Origin: Candidatus Sumerlaeia bacterium
GTDB lineage: Bacteria > Sumerlaeota > Sumerlaeia > SLMS01 > JAHLLQ01
NCBI GenBank assembly: GCA_019634695.1
Contig: JAHCAW010000017.1
Location: 7,322 to 71,321 of the forward strand
Direction of reading: 5' to 3'
DNA length: 64,000 nucleotides
Shown here piece after piece: positions 30,533-39,469 of the stretch (position 1 is the stretch's first letter; each line of letters starts with the position of its first letter). A program made the position numbers and the translations under genes. The notes beneath the pieces were generated by a model that was not told the origin of the DNA, searched no databases, and saw nothing but the letters and a program-made list of their open reading frames with translations.

Positions 30533-31382
30533 CCTGACCAAGCCCACGATCGGGCTGCTGGTCGTCATCACCGGTGCTGCAGCACTGGTGATGGAGGGTT
30601 CCCTGCGCTCGCGGCCGTGGGACTTCTTCCTCGTGTTGCTGGGCCTGTTCCTGACGGCGGGCAGTGCGAGCGCGTTCAACCAGTACCTCGAGCGCGAGAT
30701 CGACGCCCGCATGTCGCGGACGGCTCGCAAGCGCCCCCTGGCCAACGGCACGATGCCCGCCTCGCACGGCCTCGTGTTTGCCATCGTCATCGGCATCGTC
30801 GGCGTCGCCATCCATGCGACGTTCAATCTGCTGACGGCGCTGCTCAGCTTTGGCACGATCCTGTTCTACGCCTTCTTCTACACGCTGTGGCTGAAGCCGC
30901 GCACGCCGATGAACATCGTGATCGGGGGCGCGGCAGGCGCGATGGGGCCGATCATCGGCTGGGCCGCGGCGACCGGCGGCCTGTCGATGGAGTCCTGGGT
31001 GCTCTTCCTCATCATCTTCTTCTGGACGCCGCCGCACTTCTGGGCGCTGGCCTACTGCCTGAAGGAAGACTACAAGGCGGTGCGCTACCCGATGCTGCCG
31101 CTCGTCGTCGGCGACGCCGAGACGATGCGCCAGATTATGTCGTACACGCTGGTGACGGTGGCGTTCACGCTGTCGCTGGCGCTGTTCGACGTCGGCGTCG
31201 TCTACCTGACGATGGCGGTCGGCCTCGGCGCCGTGTTCGTGTGGCTCGCCCGGCAGGCCCAGAAGACCCGCGAGACGCGAACCGCGTGGAAGCTCTTCGC
31301 CTACTCGATCGTCTACCTGCTGATTCTCTTTGTCGGGCTTATGGTGGATCAGGCGCTGCCGATCCAGCCATGGAAGGGATAG
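30504..31382 (+). CDS. ctaB: protoheme IX farnesyltransferase (heme O synthase, CtaB/CyoE). The start is uncertain: TTG 30504 is preferred, but 30462 (ATG) and 30453 are alternatives.
   Basis: UbiA-family motifs (LTKPTIGLLVVITG, NQYLEREIDARMSRTARKRPLANG). TTG at 30504 has GGAGAG 5 nt upstream and gives a canonical [15 protein letters not shown]-terminus. Confidence 0.8.
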   Translation: MKSKLRAYLSLTKPTIGLLVVITGAAALVMEGSLRSRPWDFFLVLLGLFLTAGSASAFNQYLEREIDARMSRTARKRPLANGTMPASHGLVFAIVIGIVGVAIHATFNLLTALLSFGTILFYAFFYTLWLKPRTPMNIVIGGAAGAMGPIIGWAAATGGLSMESWVLFLIIFFWTPPHFWALAYCLKEDYKAVRYPMLPLVVGDAETMRQIMSYTLVTVAFTLSLALFDVGVVYLTMAVGLGAVFVWLARQAQKTRETRTAWKLFAYSIVYLLILFVGLMVDQALPIQPWKG

Positions 31383-31389
31383 GACGGCG

Positions 31390-32040
31390 ATGGCCGACGC
31401 GCACATCGAGCACCCCGAATCCGCGCCGCCCACCCCGTGGGAGGGCGACCGCCCGGCCCCCGGCGATGCGTCCCGCCGGCGCAACCGGCGCCTGCTCATC
31501 GTGCTCGCGTGCGTCGGGATCGGGATGTTTGGTTTCGCCTTCGCGAACGTGCCGCTGTTCACGCTGATCTGCCAGCGCCTGGGCATCGCCCCGGACCCCG
31601 GCATGGGGACGGCGACGTTCGACGGCACGGTCGGGCGCGAGATCGAGGTCCGCTTCACCGGTGCCGTCTGGGGCCAGTTGCCGGTCGAGTTCCGTCCGGT
31701 CAACAGCCTGCAGCGCACGCGGCTGGGCGAGATGACGGTCAATGACTACGTGTTCATCAACCTGTCGCGGCGGCCAGTGTACTTCCGGCCGATCCACGGC
31801 ATCCTGCCCGTCGAGGCGTCGCGCGAAGATCGCTACGAACTCGGCGAGTGCTTCTGCTACGACGAGATGATGCTGCAGCCGGGCCAGCAACTCACGCTGC
31901 CCGTCGTCTATCGCTTCCATCCGACGCTGGCGCCGACCGTGCGCGCGATCACGATGAGCTACACCCTGTTTCCGATCACGCAGGAGGAGTACGAGAGGGC
32001 TCAGTCGCAGAAGAGTGGCGACAAGGAGAAGGGACCATGA
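31390..32040 (+). CDS. ctaG: cytochrome c oxidase assembly protein CtaG/Cox11 (CuB insertion)
   Basis: MADAHIEHP... starts at the ATG at 31390. It has an N-terminal TM and then a soluble domain with the Cox11-type Cys pair (GECFCYDE). Confidence 0.7.
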   Translation: MADAHIEHPESAPPTPWEGDRPAPGDASRRRNRRLLIVLACVGIGMFGFAFANVPLFTLICQRLGIAPDPGMGTATFDGTVGREIEVRFTGAVWGQLPVEFRPVNSLQRTRLGEMTVNDYVFINLSRRPVYFRPIHGILPVEASREDRYELGECFCYDEMMLQPGQQLTLPVVYRFHPTLAPTVRAITMSYTLFPITQEEYERAQSQKSGDKEKGP

Positions 32041-32219
32041 CCCAGATTCAAGCGGTCGCGGGTTCGGAGGAGGCGGTGCTGCTGGCGCGTCAGGCGCGGC
32101 GCAACCGCATGTGGTTGGTGGTGCTGGCCGTGTTGGCCATCGTCATGATGCTGTTGTCGTACCCCTTGTTCAACAAGTACTGGGATCCGGCGTTGTCGGA
32201 CCAGACCATCTCGCACTGA
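32037..32219 (+). CDS. small single-TM membrane protein (possible oxidase subunit IV-like / assembly factor)
   Basis: 60 aa, MTQIQAVAG...MWLVVLAVLAIVMMLLSYPLF... The ATG overlaps the ctaG stop (ATGA). Its position between ctaG and coxC is conserved for small subunits in caa3 operons. Confidence 0.4.
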   Translation: MTQIQAVAGSEEAVLLARQARRNRMWLVVLAVLAIVMMLLSYPLFNKYWDPALSDQTISH

Positions 32220-32235
32220 GGAACCCGCCCGGCCC

Positions 32236-33132
32236 ATGAGTGCCACGCTGCCCACCAGCCACGACGCGCACGCGCCGGCCGCCCACGCCGACGCGCACGA
32301 CTCCCATGAGGGAGAGTTCGAGTACCTCGACTCGCTGAATCCCAAGCCGAGCCCGTGGCCGTTCCTGCTCGGCATCATCACCCTGCTCGTGCCGGTCGGC
32401 GGCTTGATTCTGATGTGGGGCGGGCCGGAACTCAGCCTGTTCGGCTGGATCGTGCTGGTGCTCGGCGGCGCGCTGTCGCTGGTGCCGACGTTCGGTTGGT
32501 TCCACAGCGTGGTGGTCGACAAGTGGGAGGGCCACTTCGGCGTCGTCGCCCAGGGCAACGATCTGGCGCTGGGCACGAAGCTCTTCTTCCTGTCCGAGAT
32601 CGCGATCTTCGGCTCGATCTTCGCCTATTACTTCGTCATGCGCCACCACTCGGCGCTGAATCCCGAGGTCGGCTGGCCGCTGCCGGGTTCGCCGCTGATC
32701 GACCAGATGCTGCCTGCTATCGGGCTGCTGATCCTGCTGACCAGTTCGTTCACGTGCGAGGTCGCGCACAAGGCCCTGATGAAGGGCAAGCGCGGCATGT
32801 GCAAGGACTGGATGCTGATCACGATGGCGCTGGGCCTCGTGTTCCTCTTCCTTCAGGGCTACGAGTGGGGATTCCTGATCCGCAACGAGGGGTTCACGGT
32901 CGGCAGCAACTGGTTCGGCACGGTGTTCTACGTGCTCACCGGCTTCCACGGCTTGCACGTCATCACCGGCCTCATCATGTTGATGATCGTCTACGGGCGT
33001 CTGGAGATCGGACACTTCACGGCCAAGCGTCACTTCTCGATGATGGCTGCCTCGTGGTACTGGCACCTCGTGGACGTCGTGTGGGTCTTCGTGTTCACGT
33101 TCATCTACTGCTTCCAGGGCGGCGGTCACTGA
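32236..33132 (+). CDS. coxC: cytochrome c oxidase subunit III
   Basis: COX3 signature segments WYWHLVDVVWVF and GFHGLHVITGLIML are present. The protein is 298 aa with 7 TM. Confidence 0.85.
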   Translation: MSATLPTSHDAHAPAAHADAHDSHEGEFEYLDSLNPKPSPWPFLLGIITLLVPVGGLILMWGGPELSLFGWIVLVLGGALSLVPTFGWFHSVVVDKWEGHFGVVAQGNDLALGTKLFFLSEIAIFGSIFAYYFVMRHHSALNPEVGWPLPGSPLIDQMLPAIGLLILLTSSFTCEVAHKALMKGKRGMCKDWMLITMALGLVFLFLQGYEWGFLIRNEGFTVGSNWFGTVFYVLTGFHGLHVITGLIMLMIVYGRLEIGHFTAKRHFSMMAASWYWHLVDVVWVFVFTFIYCFQGGGH

Positions 33133-35473
33133 GGCCCGTCCCGCCGCGGAAGAAGAGCACCAGCGTCAGCAGCAGGCACAGGGCGCTCGTCGCCTTGCCG
33201 GCGGGCCAGCCCGGCGGGAAGTAGCGCAGCTCCACGTCCCAGGCACCGGCGGTCAGCGGCACGCCGCGCCACAGGCCCTGCACCGGCACCACCTCGCGCC
33301 AGACGCGATCCGCCGACGTGCCGTTCGTCACGCGCCACTTCCAGCCCTTCCAGTACGAGTCGCGCACGACGAGTAGCGAGGGTCCGTCGGCCTCTGCGCG
33401 GATGAGCTGGCGCCCCGACTGCATCATCCACGGATCGACATGCCCGCGCGCCAACGGCACGCCGGCCGGCAACGGGAAGCCCACGGGTAGGTCCGCGGTG
33501 AAGATCGGCAGCGTGCGCTCGGTCTGCGCGGGGTGCATCTCGCGCAGGGCCGCGAACATCTCGTCGATCTCCTCGACGGGCTTCCATGCGGCGGCGAAGT
33601 GAACGCGCGGTGTCGGCTGGCGAAAGCGCAGCACCACGAAGGCGGGGTCTTGCGCGACGAGATCGGCGTGTTCGGCGGCGAAGCGCTCGAGCAGCGCGAG
33701 TTGCCTCTCGTCGAGCCGTCCGGTCGCGACGAGCACATGCGACACCGCCCCCGCGTGCAGCACGGCCGGGTTGGCGAGCAGCTCCTCCTCCTCCCATGCG
33801 CGTCCGATCTGGCCGATGCGCATCAGGCGCTCGAAGCGCGCCGACAGCAGCGGCGTGTAGCCGCCCAGGCTGGCGTGGCGGCGGAAGACGTTCGTGTTCG
33901 GCGGCAGCATGATCGGCAGGGGCCAGCCGTGCCCGGGATACAGGGCGAACAGCCGGGGAGTGGCGTGCGCGGGAAAGGCGTCGTGAACGGGATGCGACGC
34001 GCGGCCGAGCTCGAAGGCAAAAGAGTCGGGCGGCAGCACGACGTTGCGCTGGTACGGAACCGCCTCGAGCAGCACGACAAGCAGCAGCGCCGCGGCCGTC
34101 ACACCGGGCAGGCGCCGCACAAGCAGCAGCGCCGCGCCGGCAAGCGCGGTCGTCCCGAGCACCCAGCGCTGCGGCGTGCCGCCGAGCAGCAACTCGCGCA
34201 GCGGCGGATCCACGCCAATGTGCCGGAACACGAGGAACAAACCGACCGCAACAATCGCCAAAGCCAGCCAGCCCCCCGCGAGCAGCACGACCCGCTGCGC
34301 CAATCGCCGGCCAACGAGCGCATGCACCCCGAACGCCGCGAGCACCGACGCCAGCGTCGTGGCCAGGAACAGCCACCGGCACGGCACGCGGAACATGTTG
34401 AACGGCGGCACGTGGAACAGCCACGCATTGGCGGGAAGGAACGAACCGTTGGCGAGCAGGAACGCGACGACAACGCCCACGGCGAAGACCAACGTGCCGC
34501 GTCGGCGAGGCCCACGCCCGCGCAGCGCCAGCATCGTTGCCGCAAAGGCCAATGCCCACGCGGCGGGGGAGACCGTGATGAGCAGCTCGATCGGGAACTC
34601 GGGAAACCCGGTCCAGATGCGACCGGGCCATCCGTGCGCAAGGGGCTGGAGGAAAAGAATCGCATGGCTGGGCGGGAAGCTCGAATACTGCCAGTGCTCC
34701 AGCGCCATGCCCGCGCGCGGCGTTTGCGCCGAGTGCGCCAGCGTCGGCAGGATCATGGCACCGAGCAGGCCGACACCGAGCAGGCCGCCGACGGCCAACC
34801 AACCGGTCGCCCGCGCGAAGCCCATCCGAACGCGCAGCGCGCCAAGCCACTCGAAGAAGATCCAACCGACCGTGAACAGAACCACCTGCATGTAACCCGC
34901 GGCGACCTGCAATCCGAGCACCAGTGCCAGCACGGCGCCCCGCCGGGCCGACGGCGCGCGCAGCACCCGCCGCGCCGCCCAGGCCACCCACGGCGCCAAC
35001 AGTGCCGCCTCGCGCATCGACACGTGCCCGACATGGTTGACGTGAAATGTCCCGCACACAAAGAAGGCAGCACCCGCGAAGACCGCCACCGGCGCGAGCC
35101 GCCACGTCCGCAGGTACGCCCGCATACCCAGCCCGCCGGCTACCGTGTGGAAGACGAACATCCAGTTGAACAACTCCGGCGTGCCGATCAGATAGAGCCA
35201 GTTGGGCGGATAGAACACGCCGACGTAGGCCGTGGACATCAGCGGGATGCCGGCGAACAGGCGGTCGGTGAAGAAGGGCCACTCGCCGGCGTGCACCAGG
35301 CGGACCGCTTCGAAGCGCCACGCGAAGTACTCGACGAAGGCCTCGTCCCAGACGAAGCCGCCGCGCATGACGACCGGATGGAGCAGCACACCGATCGCGA
35401 GGAATGCAAGCGTCGAGAGGAGCAACTCGCCGTGGCGGCGCAGGAAGCGTGGGCGGGCGGACTCGGCGGCCAA
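33101..35473 (-). CDS. large polytopic membrane protein, YfhO-like / GT-C-fold glycosyltransferase-like (tentative)
   Basis: 790 aa. It has >12 predicted TM helices N-terminally, a ~250-aa non-membrane domain and a final C-terminal TM (LCLLLTLVLFF), which is the YfhO-like topology. No unique motif was confirmed. Long alternate-frame ORFs on both strands here (33126..36407, 33533..35569) are Arg-rich shadows. Confidence 0.4.
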   Translation of the reverse strand: MAAESARPRFLRRHGELLLSTLAFLAIGVLLHPVVMRGGFVWDEAFVEYFAWRFEAVRLVHAGEWPFFTDRLFAGIPLMSTAYVGVFYPPNWLYLIGTPELFNWMFVFHTVAGGLGMRAYLRTWRLAPVAVFAGAAFFVCGTFHVNHVGHVSMREAALLAPWVAWAARRVLRAPSARRGAVLALVLGLQVAAGYMQVVLFTVGWIFFEWLGALRVRMGFARATGWLAVGGLLGVGLLGAMILPTLAHSAQTPRAGMALEHWQYSSFPPSHAILFLQPLAHGWPGRIWTGFPEFPIELLITVSPAAWALAFAATMLALRGRGPRRRGTLVFAVGVVVAFLLANGSFLPANAWLFHVPPFNMFRVPCRWLFLATTLASVLAAFGVHALVGRRLAQRVVLLAGGWLALAIVAVGLFLVFRHIGVDPPLRELLLGGTPQRWVLGTTALAGAALLLVRRLPGVTAAALLLVVLLEAVPYQRNVVLPPDSFAFELGRASHPVHDAFPAHATPRLFALYPGHGWPLPIMLPPNTNVFRRHASLGGYTPLLSARFERLMRIGQIGRAWEEEELLANPAVLHAGAVSHVLVATGRLDERQLALLERFAAEHADLVAQDPAFVVLRFRQPTPRVHFAAAWKPVEEIDEMFAALREMHPAQTERTLPIFTADLPVGFPLPAGVPLARGHVDPWMMQSGRQLIRAEADGPSLLVVRDSYWKGWKWRVTNGTSADRVWREVVPVQGLWRGVPLTAGAWDVELRYFPPGWPAGKATSALCLLLTLVLFFRGGTGLSDRRPGSSR

Positions 35474-35657
35474 GCGGTGGGCTCCCGGTCGGATGACTGC
35501 GGCGATGCCTATCGGCTGTCGCGGGACGGGGCCAAGAGGAACGACAGGGGGGAGCCCGTTCGTCCTTGATCCAAGAGGCCCTGCAGACCGATGCTCCCGG
35601 CCAGGTTGCCGGGGGGCGGGGCGAGGGGGCCACTTTCAGAGAACGAGGAATCTCCCG

Positions 35658-35861
35658 ATGCCCGCGAAGCTGACCGTCAACGCAAACGGACCACTGAAAG
35701 TCGAAGGGGAGTTCGAACTGCTGGACGCCACGGGCAAGGCCTGGGACGTCGCCGGCAAGCCGGCGGTCTTCATCTGCCGCTGTGGCAGAACGCAGAAGTC
35801 GCCGTTCTGCGACGGCTCGCATCGGACGGCCGGGTTCGTTTCGCCCAGCGTTGCCGACTGA
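35658..35861 (+). CDS. CDGSH-type iron-sulfur domain protein
   Basis: 67 aa, containing C-x-C-x(8)-CDGSH (FICRCGRTQKSPFCDGSHRT). GAGGAA SD is upstream of the ATG at 35658. Confidence 0.7.
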   Translation: MPAKLTVNANGPLKVEGEFELLDATGKAWDVAGKPAVFICRCGRTQKSPFCDGSHRTAGFVSPSVAD

Positions 35862-35892
35862 ATGACACCAAGAGGGAGCTGCGAGAGTATCC

Positions 35893-36771
35893 ATGGAAGA
35901 CGCCGTTGAGTTTGTCCAGCACGTGGGCGAGAACCGCGTGGTCAGCACGGTTATTCTGATGGTCGTGCTGTTCCTGTTGCGTGCGGTGGTGCATGCACGC
36001 CTTCGGGACTGGGAGGGTTTGGAGGCGGCGGATCGCCGTCGGTGGATGACCAGCACGCGCAATGGCATCATGGCGCTGCTGATCGTCGGCCTGATGCTGA
36101 TCTGGGCCGAGCAATTGCGGACCTTCGCGTTGTCGGTCTTCGCGATCACGGCCGCGATCGTGGTCGCCACGAAGGAACTGATCCTGTGCATCAGCGGGTC
36201 GGTGCTGCGCACCGCCGCCGGCTCGTTCAAGGTCGGCGACCGCATCGAGGTGAACAACATGCGCGGCGACGTCATCGACATGCGCCTGATGTCCACGACG
36301 ATTCTGGAGATCGGCCCGGGCACGACGAGCCACCAGCACACGGGCCGTGCGATCGTCATTCCCAACAGCCTGTTCGTCTCCGCCTCGGTGATCAACGAGA
36401 CGTACACACAGGACTACGTGCTCCACATCTTCTCCGTGCCGGTCGGCGTGGACAAGGGATGGAAGGAAGCGGAGGAGATTCTCCTCGATGCGGCGCAGGC
36501 CGAGTGCGCGCCGTACATGGACCAGGCACGCCGCCACATGGACAGCCTGCAACGCCGCCACGGGCTGGAGAAGCGCAACATCGAGCCGCGCGTGGTCTTG
36601 CAGATGCCGGATCCGACCCGGGTGAACCTGCTGGTGCGCATCCCGGTGCCCGCGCGCCAGAAGGGCCGCGTCGAGCAGGAGATCGTCCGGCGTTATCTTG
36701 ACGAGCGCGCGCGTCGCGAGGCCGCCGCCAAGGCCGCCGCCGTGCCCGACAGCCCACCGCCGGCGAGCTAG
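35893..36771 (+). CDS. small-conductance mechanosensitive channel (MscS family)
   Basis: 3 TM followed by the MscS beta-domain signature FKVGDRIEVNNMRGDVIDMRLMSTTILEIGPG...AIVIPNSLF. Confidence 0.75.
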   Translation: MEDAVEFVQHVGENRVVSTVILMVVLFLLRAVVHARLRDWEGLEAADRRRWMTSTRNGIMALLIVGLMLIWAEQLRTFALSVFAITAAIVVATKELILCISGSVLRTAAGSFKVGDRIEVNNMRGDVIDMRLMSTTILEIGPGTTSHQHTGRAIVIPNSLFVSASVINETYTQDYVLHIFSVPVGVDKGWKEAEEILLDAAQAECAPYMDQARRHMDSLQRRHGLEKRNIEPRVVLQMPDPTRVNLLVRIPVPARQKGRVEQEIVRRYLDERARREAAAKAAAVPDSPPPAS

Positions 36772-36808
36772 GCACGCCGCACTGCCCTGCAACCGGAGCG
36801 GACGGGTC

Positions 36809-37573
36809 ATGACGACGCAGCCCCAAGCCCATCCGCATCTGCTGGCCCGCGCGACGAAGCGCGTCTCGCGCGTCATCGCGTGGGGACTCGCTGCCACGCT
36901 GGGCCTCGTCGCTGCGACGACGGCCGCATGGGGGCTCGGCTATGCCGTCTACGCATGGCGCGGAAAGCCCAACAATCACGAGGCCCAGCAGCGCTTCATC
37001 GAGTCCAACGTCTTCCTCTCCAACGCCTTCACCCGACGAACGGATGGAGTGATCGCCGACCTGCGCCCCGGACTTCCCGAGAGGTTCTTCCTCAACAGCA
37101 CGCGCCATCGTTGGAGCGAGGCCAGCGGGGGATTCCTGCGCCATGGCCCCGCCGCGAGCGTGACCTACTGGAAGGCGCCCGACGGCATCGTCACGCGCTA
37201 CACGTTGGTGGTGCTCGACATCGAGAAGGAGCGACTGCAACTGGCCTCGGCACGCCTGCACATGACGCTGGGACCGAGCGATGCGACCGTCCTGCCGCCC
37301 GACCCGGCGACGCCCGGCGAGCTGCTTCTCGTCTGGCGCCAGCAGGACCGCATGGCCACGGCCGAGATTCGGCCCGAGAGCAATGGCACCTTCACGCTGG
37401 TCGTGCAGCAGATCCATCGCCTCGACCCGCGCTTCGCCCTGCGCCATGAGACGGGCGGTCTGCCGCGATGGCATCGTCATGCGGCGCGCATCGCGGAGCA
37501 ACTCGCCACGACATCAGAGGGGTCCGTGGGCTGGGACCGCGAGGATATACAGATTATCTGGGAACCTCGGTAG
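36809..37573 (+). CDS. hypothetical membrane-anchored protein
   Basis: ATG at 36809 (MTTQPQAHP...). It has a single N-terminal TM (VIAWGLAATLGLVAATTAAWGL). No recognisable domain. Confidence 0.4.
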   Translation: MTTQPQAHPHLLARATKRVSRVIAWGLAATLGLVAATTAAWGLGYAVYAWRGKPNNHEAQQRFIESNVFLSNAFTRRTDGVIADLRPGLPERFFLNSTRHRWSEASGGFLRHGPAASVTYWKAPDGIVTRYTLVVLDIEKERLQLASARLHMTLGPSDATVLPPDPATPGELLLVWRQQDRMATAEIRPESNGTFTLVVQQIHRLDPRFALRHETGGLPRWHRHAARIAEQLATTSEGSVGWDREDIQIIWEPR

Positions 37574-39014
37574 GCACAGTCGACGCCTGCGCGGACTCGT
37601 ATCCGGTGATCGTCACCAGGGCGAACAGCAGGCCGAACAGCAGGTACGTCTGCGGGAAGAAGAACGTGTCCTGCAGGAACATGGACAGGCCAAGCTGAAC
37701 GAACCCCATCGAGGCCGCCACGAGCCCGTTGTAGGCGAACGAGTCCTCGAGCCGTCGGGCGCGCTGCAACGTGCGCCACCACAGCAGCAGTGTGGCAATC
37801 ACGATGCCGGCGAAGAGCACGACGCCGACGATGCCGGTCTCGACGAGAATCTGCACGTAGCCGAGATCGACGAAGTGCTGGTTTCCCTTCTCGGCGTGGA
37901 TGACGTAGGTGAGTCCGCGGGCGCGATAGTCCCACCACTTGTCCTTGAACGTGTTGAGCCCGATGCCGGTCCAGGGGTGCTCGACGATCATGCGCTGGGC
38001 GGCGAGCAGTTTGTCGCGGCGGATCGTGAGCGACATGTCGCGGCCGGCCGGCGCATGCGGCGAGAAAAAGCGCTCGGCCAGCTTCATCGCGATGAACGGC
38101 GCGATCAACATGCCGCAGAGCGCCATCACGGCGAGAAGGCGGGCGCGATACTGGTAGCGGATCAGCAGGCCGCCCCACAGCAGCATCGCGCCGATGATGA
38201 CGGGCGACTGGCGGTTGCGCGTCAGCAGGCACAGCACGACCATGTAGCCGATCGCGACAAGGGCCACGCGTCGGGTCATGCGGCCTTTGGCCTCGACGTG
38301 CAGGAACAGGGCCCATGGCAGCGCCCAGGCGAGGTTGAACGCGTACTGGATCGCATTGCGCGAGACGCCGTTGATGCGGAAGTCGTGCAGCCACAGGCGA
38401 TTGTCGCTGAATTGCGGGAACAGGTCGCGGCGCAGGATGTACTCGAGCAGGCCGACGACGCTGAGCACGCAGGTGATTGTCACGATGGCCCTGAGCAGTC
38501 CCAGCAGGTCCTCGCGCGTGCGGAAGGTGCTCGCCGCGGCGAAGCAGACCACGAGGTACACGAGTTGGTTGTAGCTGCCCGTCGTGCCCGGCGCGCGCAG
38601 GACGAAGCTGCCGACCACCGCATAGATCGTGAACAGCGTCAGCAAGAGCCCCGATGCCGCCGGCGGCACGACGAAGCGTCGTCGGTAGAGCGCCGCGAGC
38701 CACGACAGCACGAACGCCGCAGCGCACACGCGGTTCAGCGAAACCGGCAGGCCGGGCAGCGTGATGGCCGTGCCGAAGAAGGTGGCGAAGTACATCGGCA
38801 GCGTGAAGCGCGGCCCCAGAACCACAAGCAGAGCGAGCACCAGTCCGCCGAACATCATGCGGATGCCCATGTCGGGCACGAACTTGATCGTGACGTAGAG
38901 ATAGAAGGCGACCGCGGCGAGGATGGCGACCAGAGCCAAGGTGACGCCGAGCTGGCGTCGCTCGGGCGTGTCGCGCAGCAGCGCGCGCAAGCGTTCGGCC
39001 GCCGCGGAGGTCAT
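37554..39014 (-). CDS. O-antigen ligase-like (Wzy_C / WaaL-family) polytopic membrane protein
   Basis: ATG at complement 39012-39014 (MTSAAAERLRALL...). It has 10-12 TM helices with a large periplasmic loop carrying the conserved RNRQS...H...GIGLNTF-type segment of O-antigen ligases. Its start overlaps the upstream gene stop (ATGA). Confidence 0.6.
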   Translation of the reverse strand: MTSAAAERLRALLRDTPERRQLGVTLALVAILAAVAFYLYVTIKFVPDMGIRMMFGGLVLALLVVLGPRFTLPMYFATFFGTAITLPGLPVSLNRVCAAAFVLSWLAALYRRRFVVPPAASGLLLTLFTIYAVVGSFVLRAPGTTGSYNQLVYLVVCFAAASTFRTREDLLGLLRAIVTITCVLSVVGLLEYILRRDLFPQFSDNRLWLHDFRINGVSRNAIQYAFNLAWALPWALFLHVEAKGRMTRRVALVAIGYMVVLCLLTRNRQSPVIIGAMLLWGGLLIRYQYRARLLAVMALCGMLIAPFIAMKLAERFFSPHAPAGRDMSLTIRRDKLLAAQRMIVEHPWTGIGLNTFKDKWWDYRARGLTYVIHAEKGNQHFVDLGYVQILVETGIVGVVLFAGIVIATLLLWWRTLQRARRLEDSFAYNGLVAASMGFVQLGLSMFLQDTFFFPQTYLLFGLLFALVTITGYESAQASTVPTEVPR

Positions 39015-39469
39015 GGCTCGCGCTCCCGATGCAGCAGCAGGGCCGCGACGAGATCGCCCGCTTCCGGCACGGGCACGTTCGCGGACAACTCCTCGGGTCG
39101 CCGCGGCGTTGCTTCCAGCCAGCAACGCACATCATGACCGGCCAGCGCATGAGCCAGCATCGGCGCCAGATCGGGCTCGAAGCAGACCACGTCGCGCACG
39201 CTGCGGCCGAAGACCGTTCGGCCGAGCACGACATCGACGCACGTCTCGATGCCGGGTTGCGGTCGTTCGACTTGGAAGAACGGATGCCGCGACGCCGGCG
39301 GATAGCCGATGCGAATGATTTCGGAGTCGGCGGTGTAGTCGGAGGGTACGCCGGCGGTGCCGTGCTCGATGCGAACGACGAGCAGCGGGCGGCCCACGGC
39401 GTCGGCGAGCAGGTCGCGCGCTTCGTCCCGCGCCCGCACGCCCTCCAGCAGCAGCACCCGCGTCCTCAT
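39011..39469 (-). CDS. hypothetical cytoplasmic protein, translationally coupled between two Wzy_C genes
   Basis: 152 aa. Its ATG overlaps the stop of the upstream Wzy_C-TPR gene (39466-39469) and its own stop overlaps the next ATG (39011-39014). Confidence 0.4.
   Translation of the reverse strand: MRTRVLLLEGVRARDEARDLLADAVGRPLLVVRIEHGTAGVPSDYTADSEIIRIGYPPASRHPFFQVERPQPGIETCVDVVLGRTVFGRSVRDVVCFEPDLAPMLAHALAGHDVRCWLEATPRRPEELSANVPVPEAGDLVAALLLHREREP

Noticed and set aside
33126-36407. 1093-aa minus-strand ORF, plus 678-aa plus-strand ORF 33533..35569 and other very long Arg/Ala/Gly-rich ORFs (e.g. 72..1229, 2467..4275, 10059..12551, 15141..17168, 17437..18774, 18500..22009, 45552..46907, 47045..49483, 53640..55790)
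   Set aside because: Their composition is dominated by R/A/G/P. They carry no motifs and overlap well-supported genes in another frame or strand. These are typical stop-codon-poor shadow ORFs of ~70% GC DNA.
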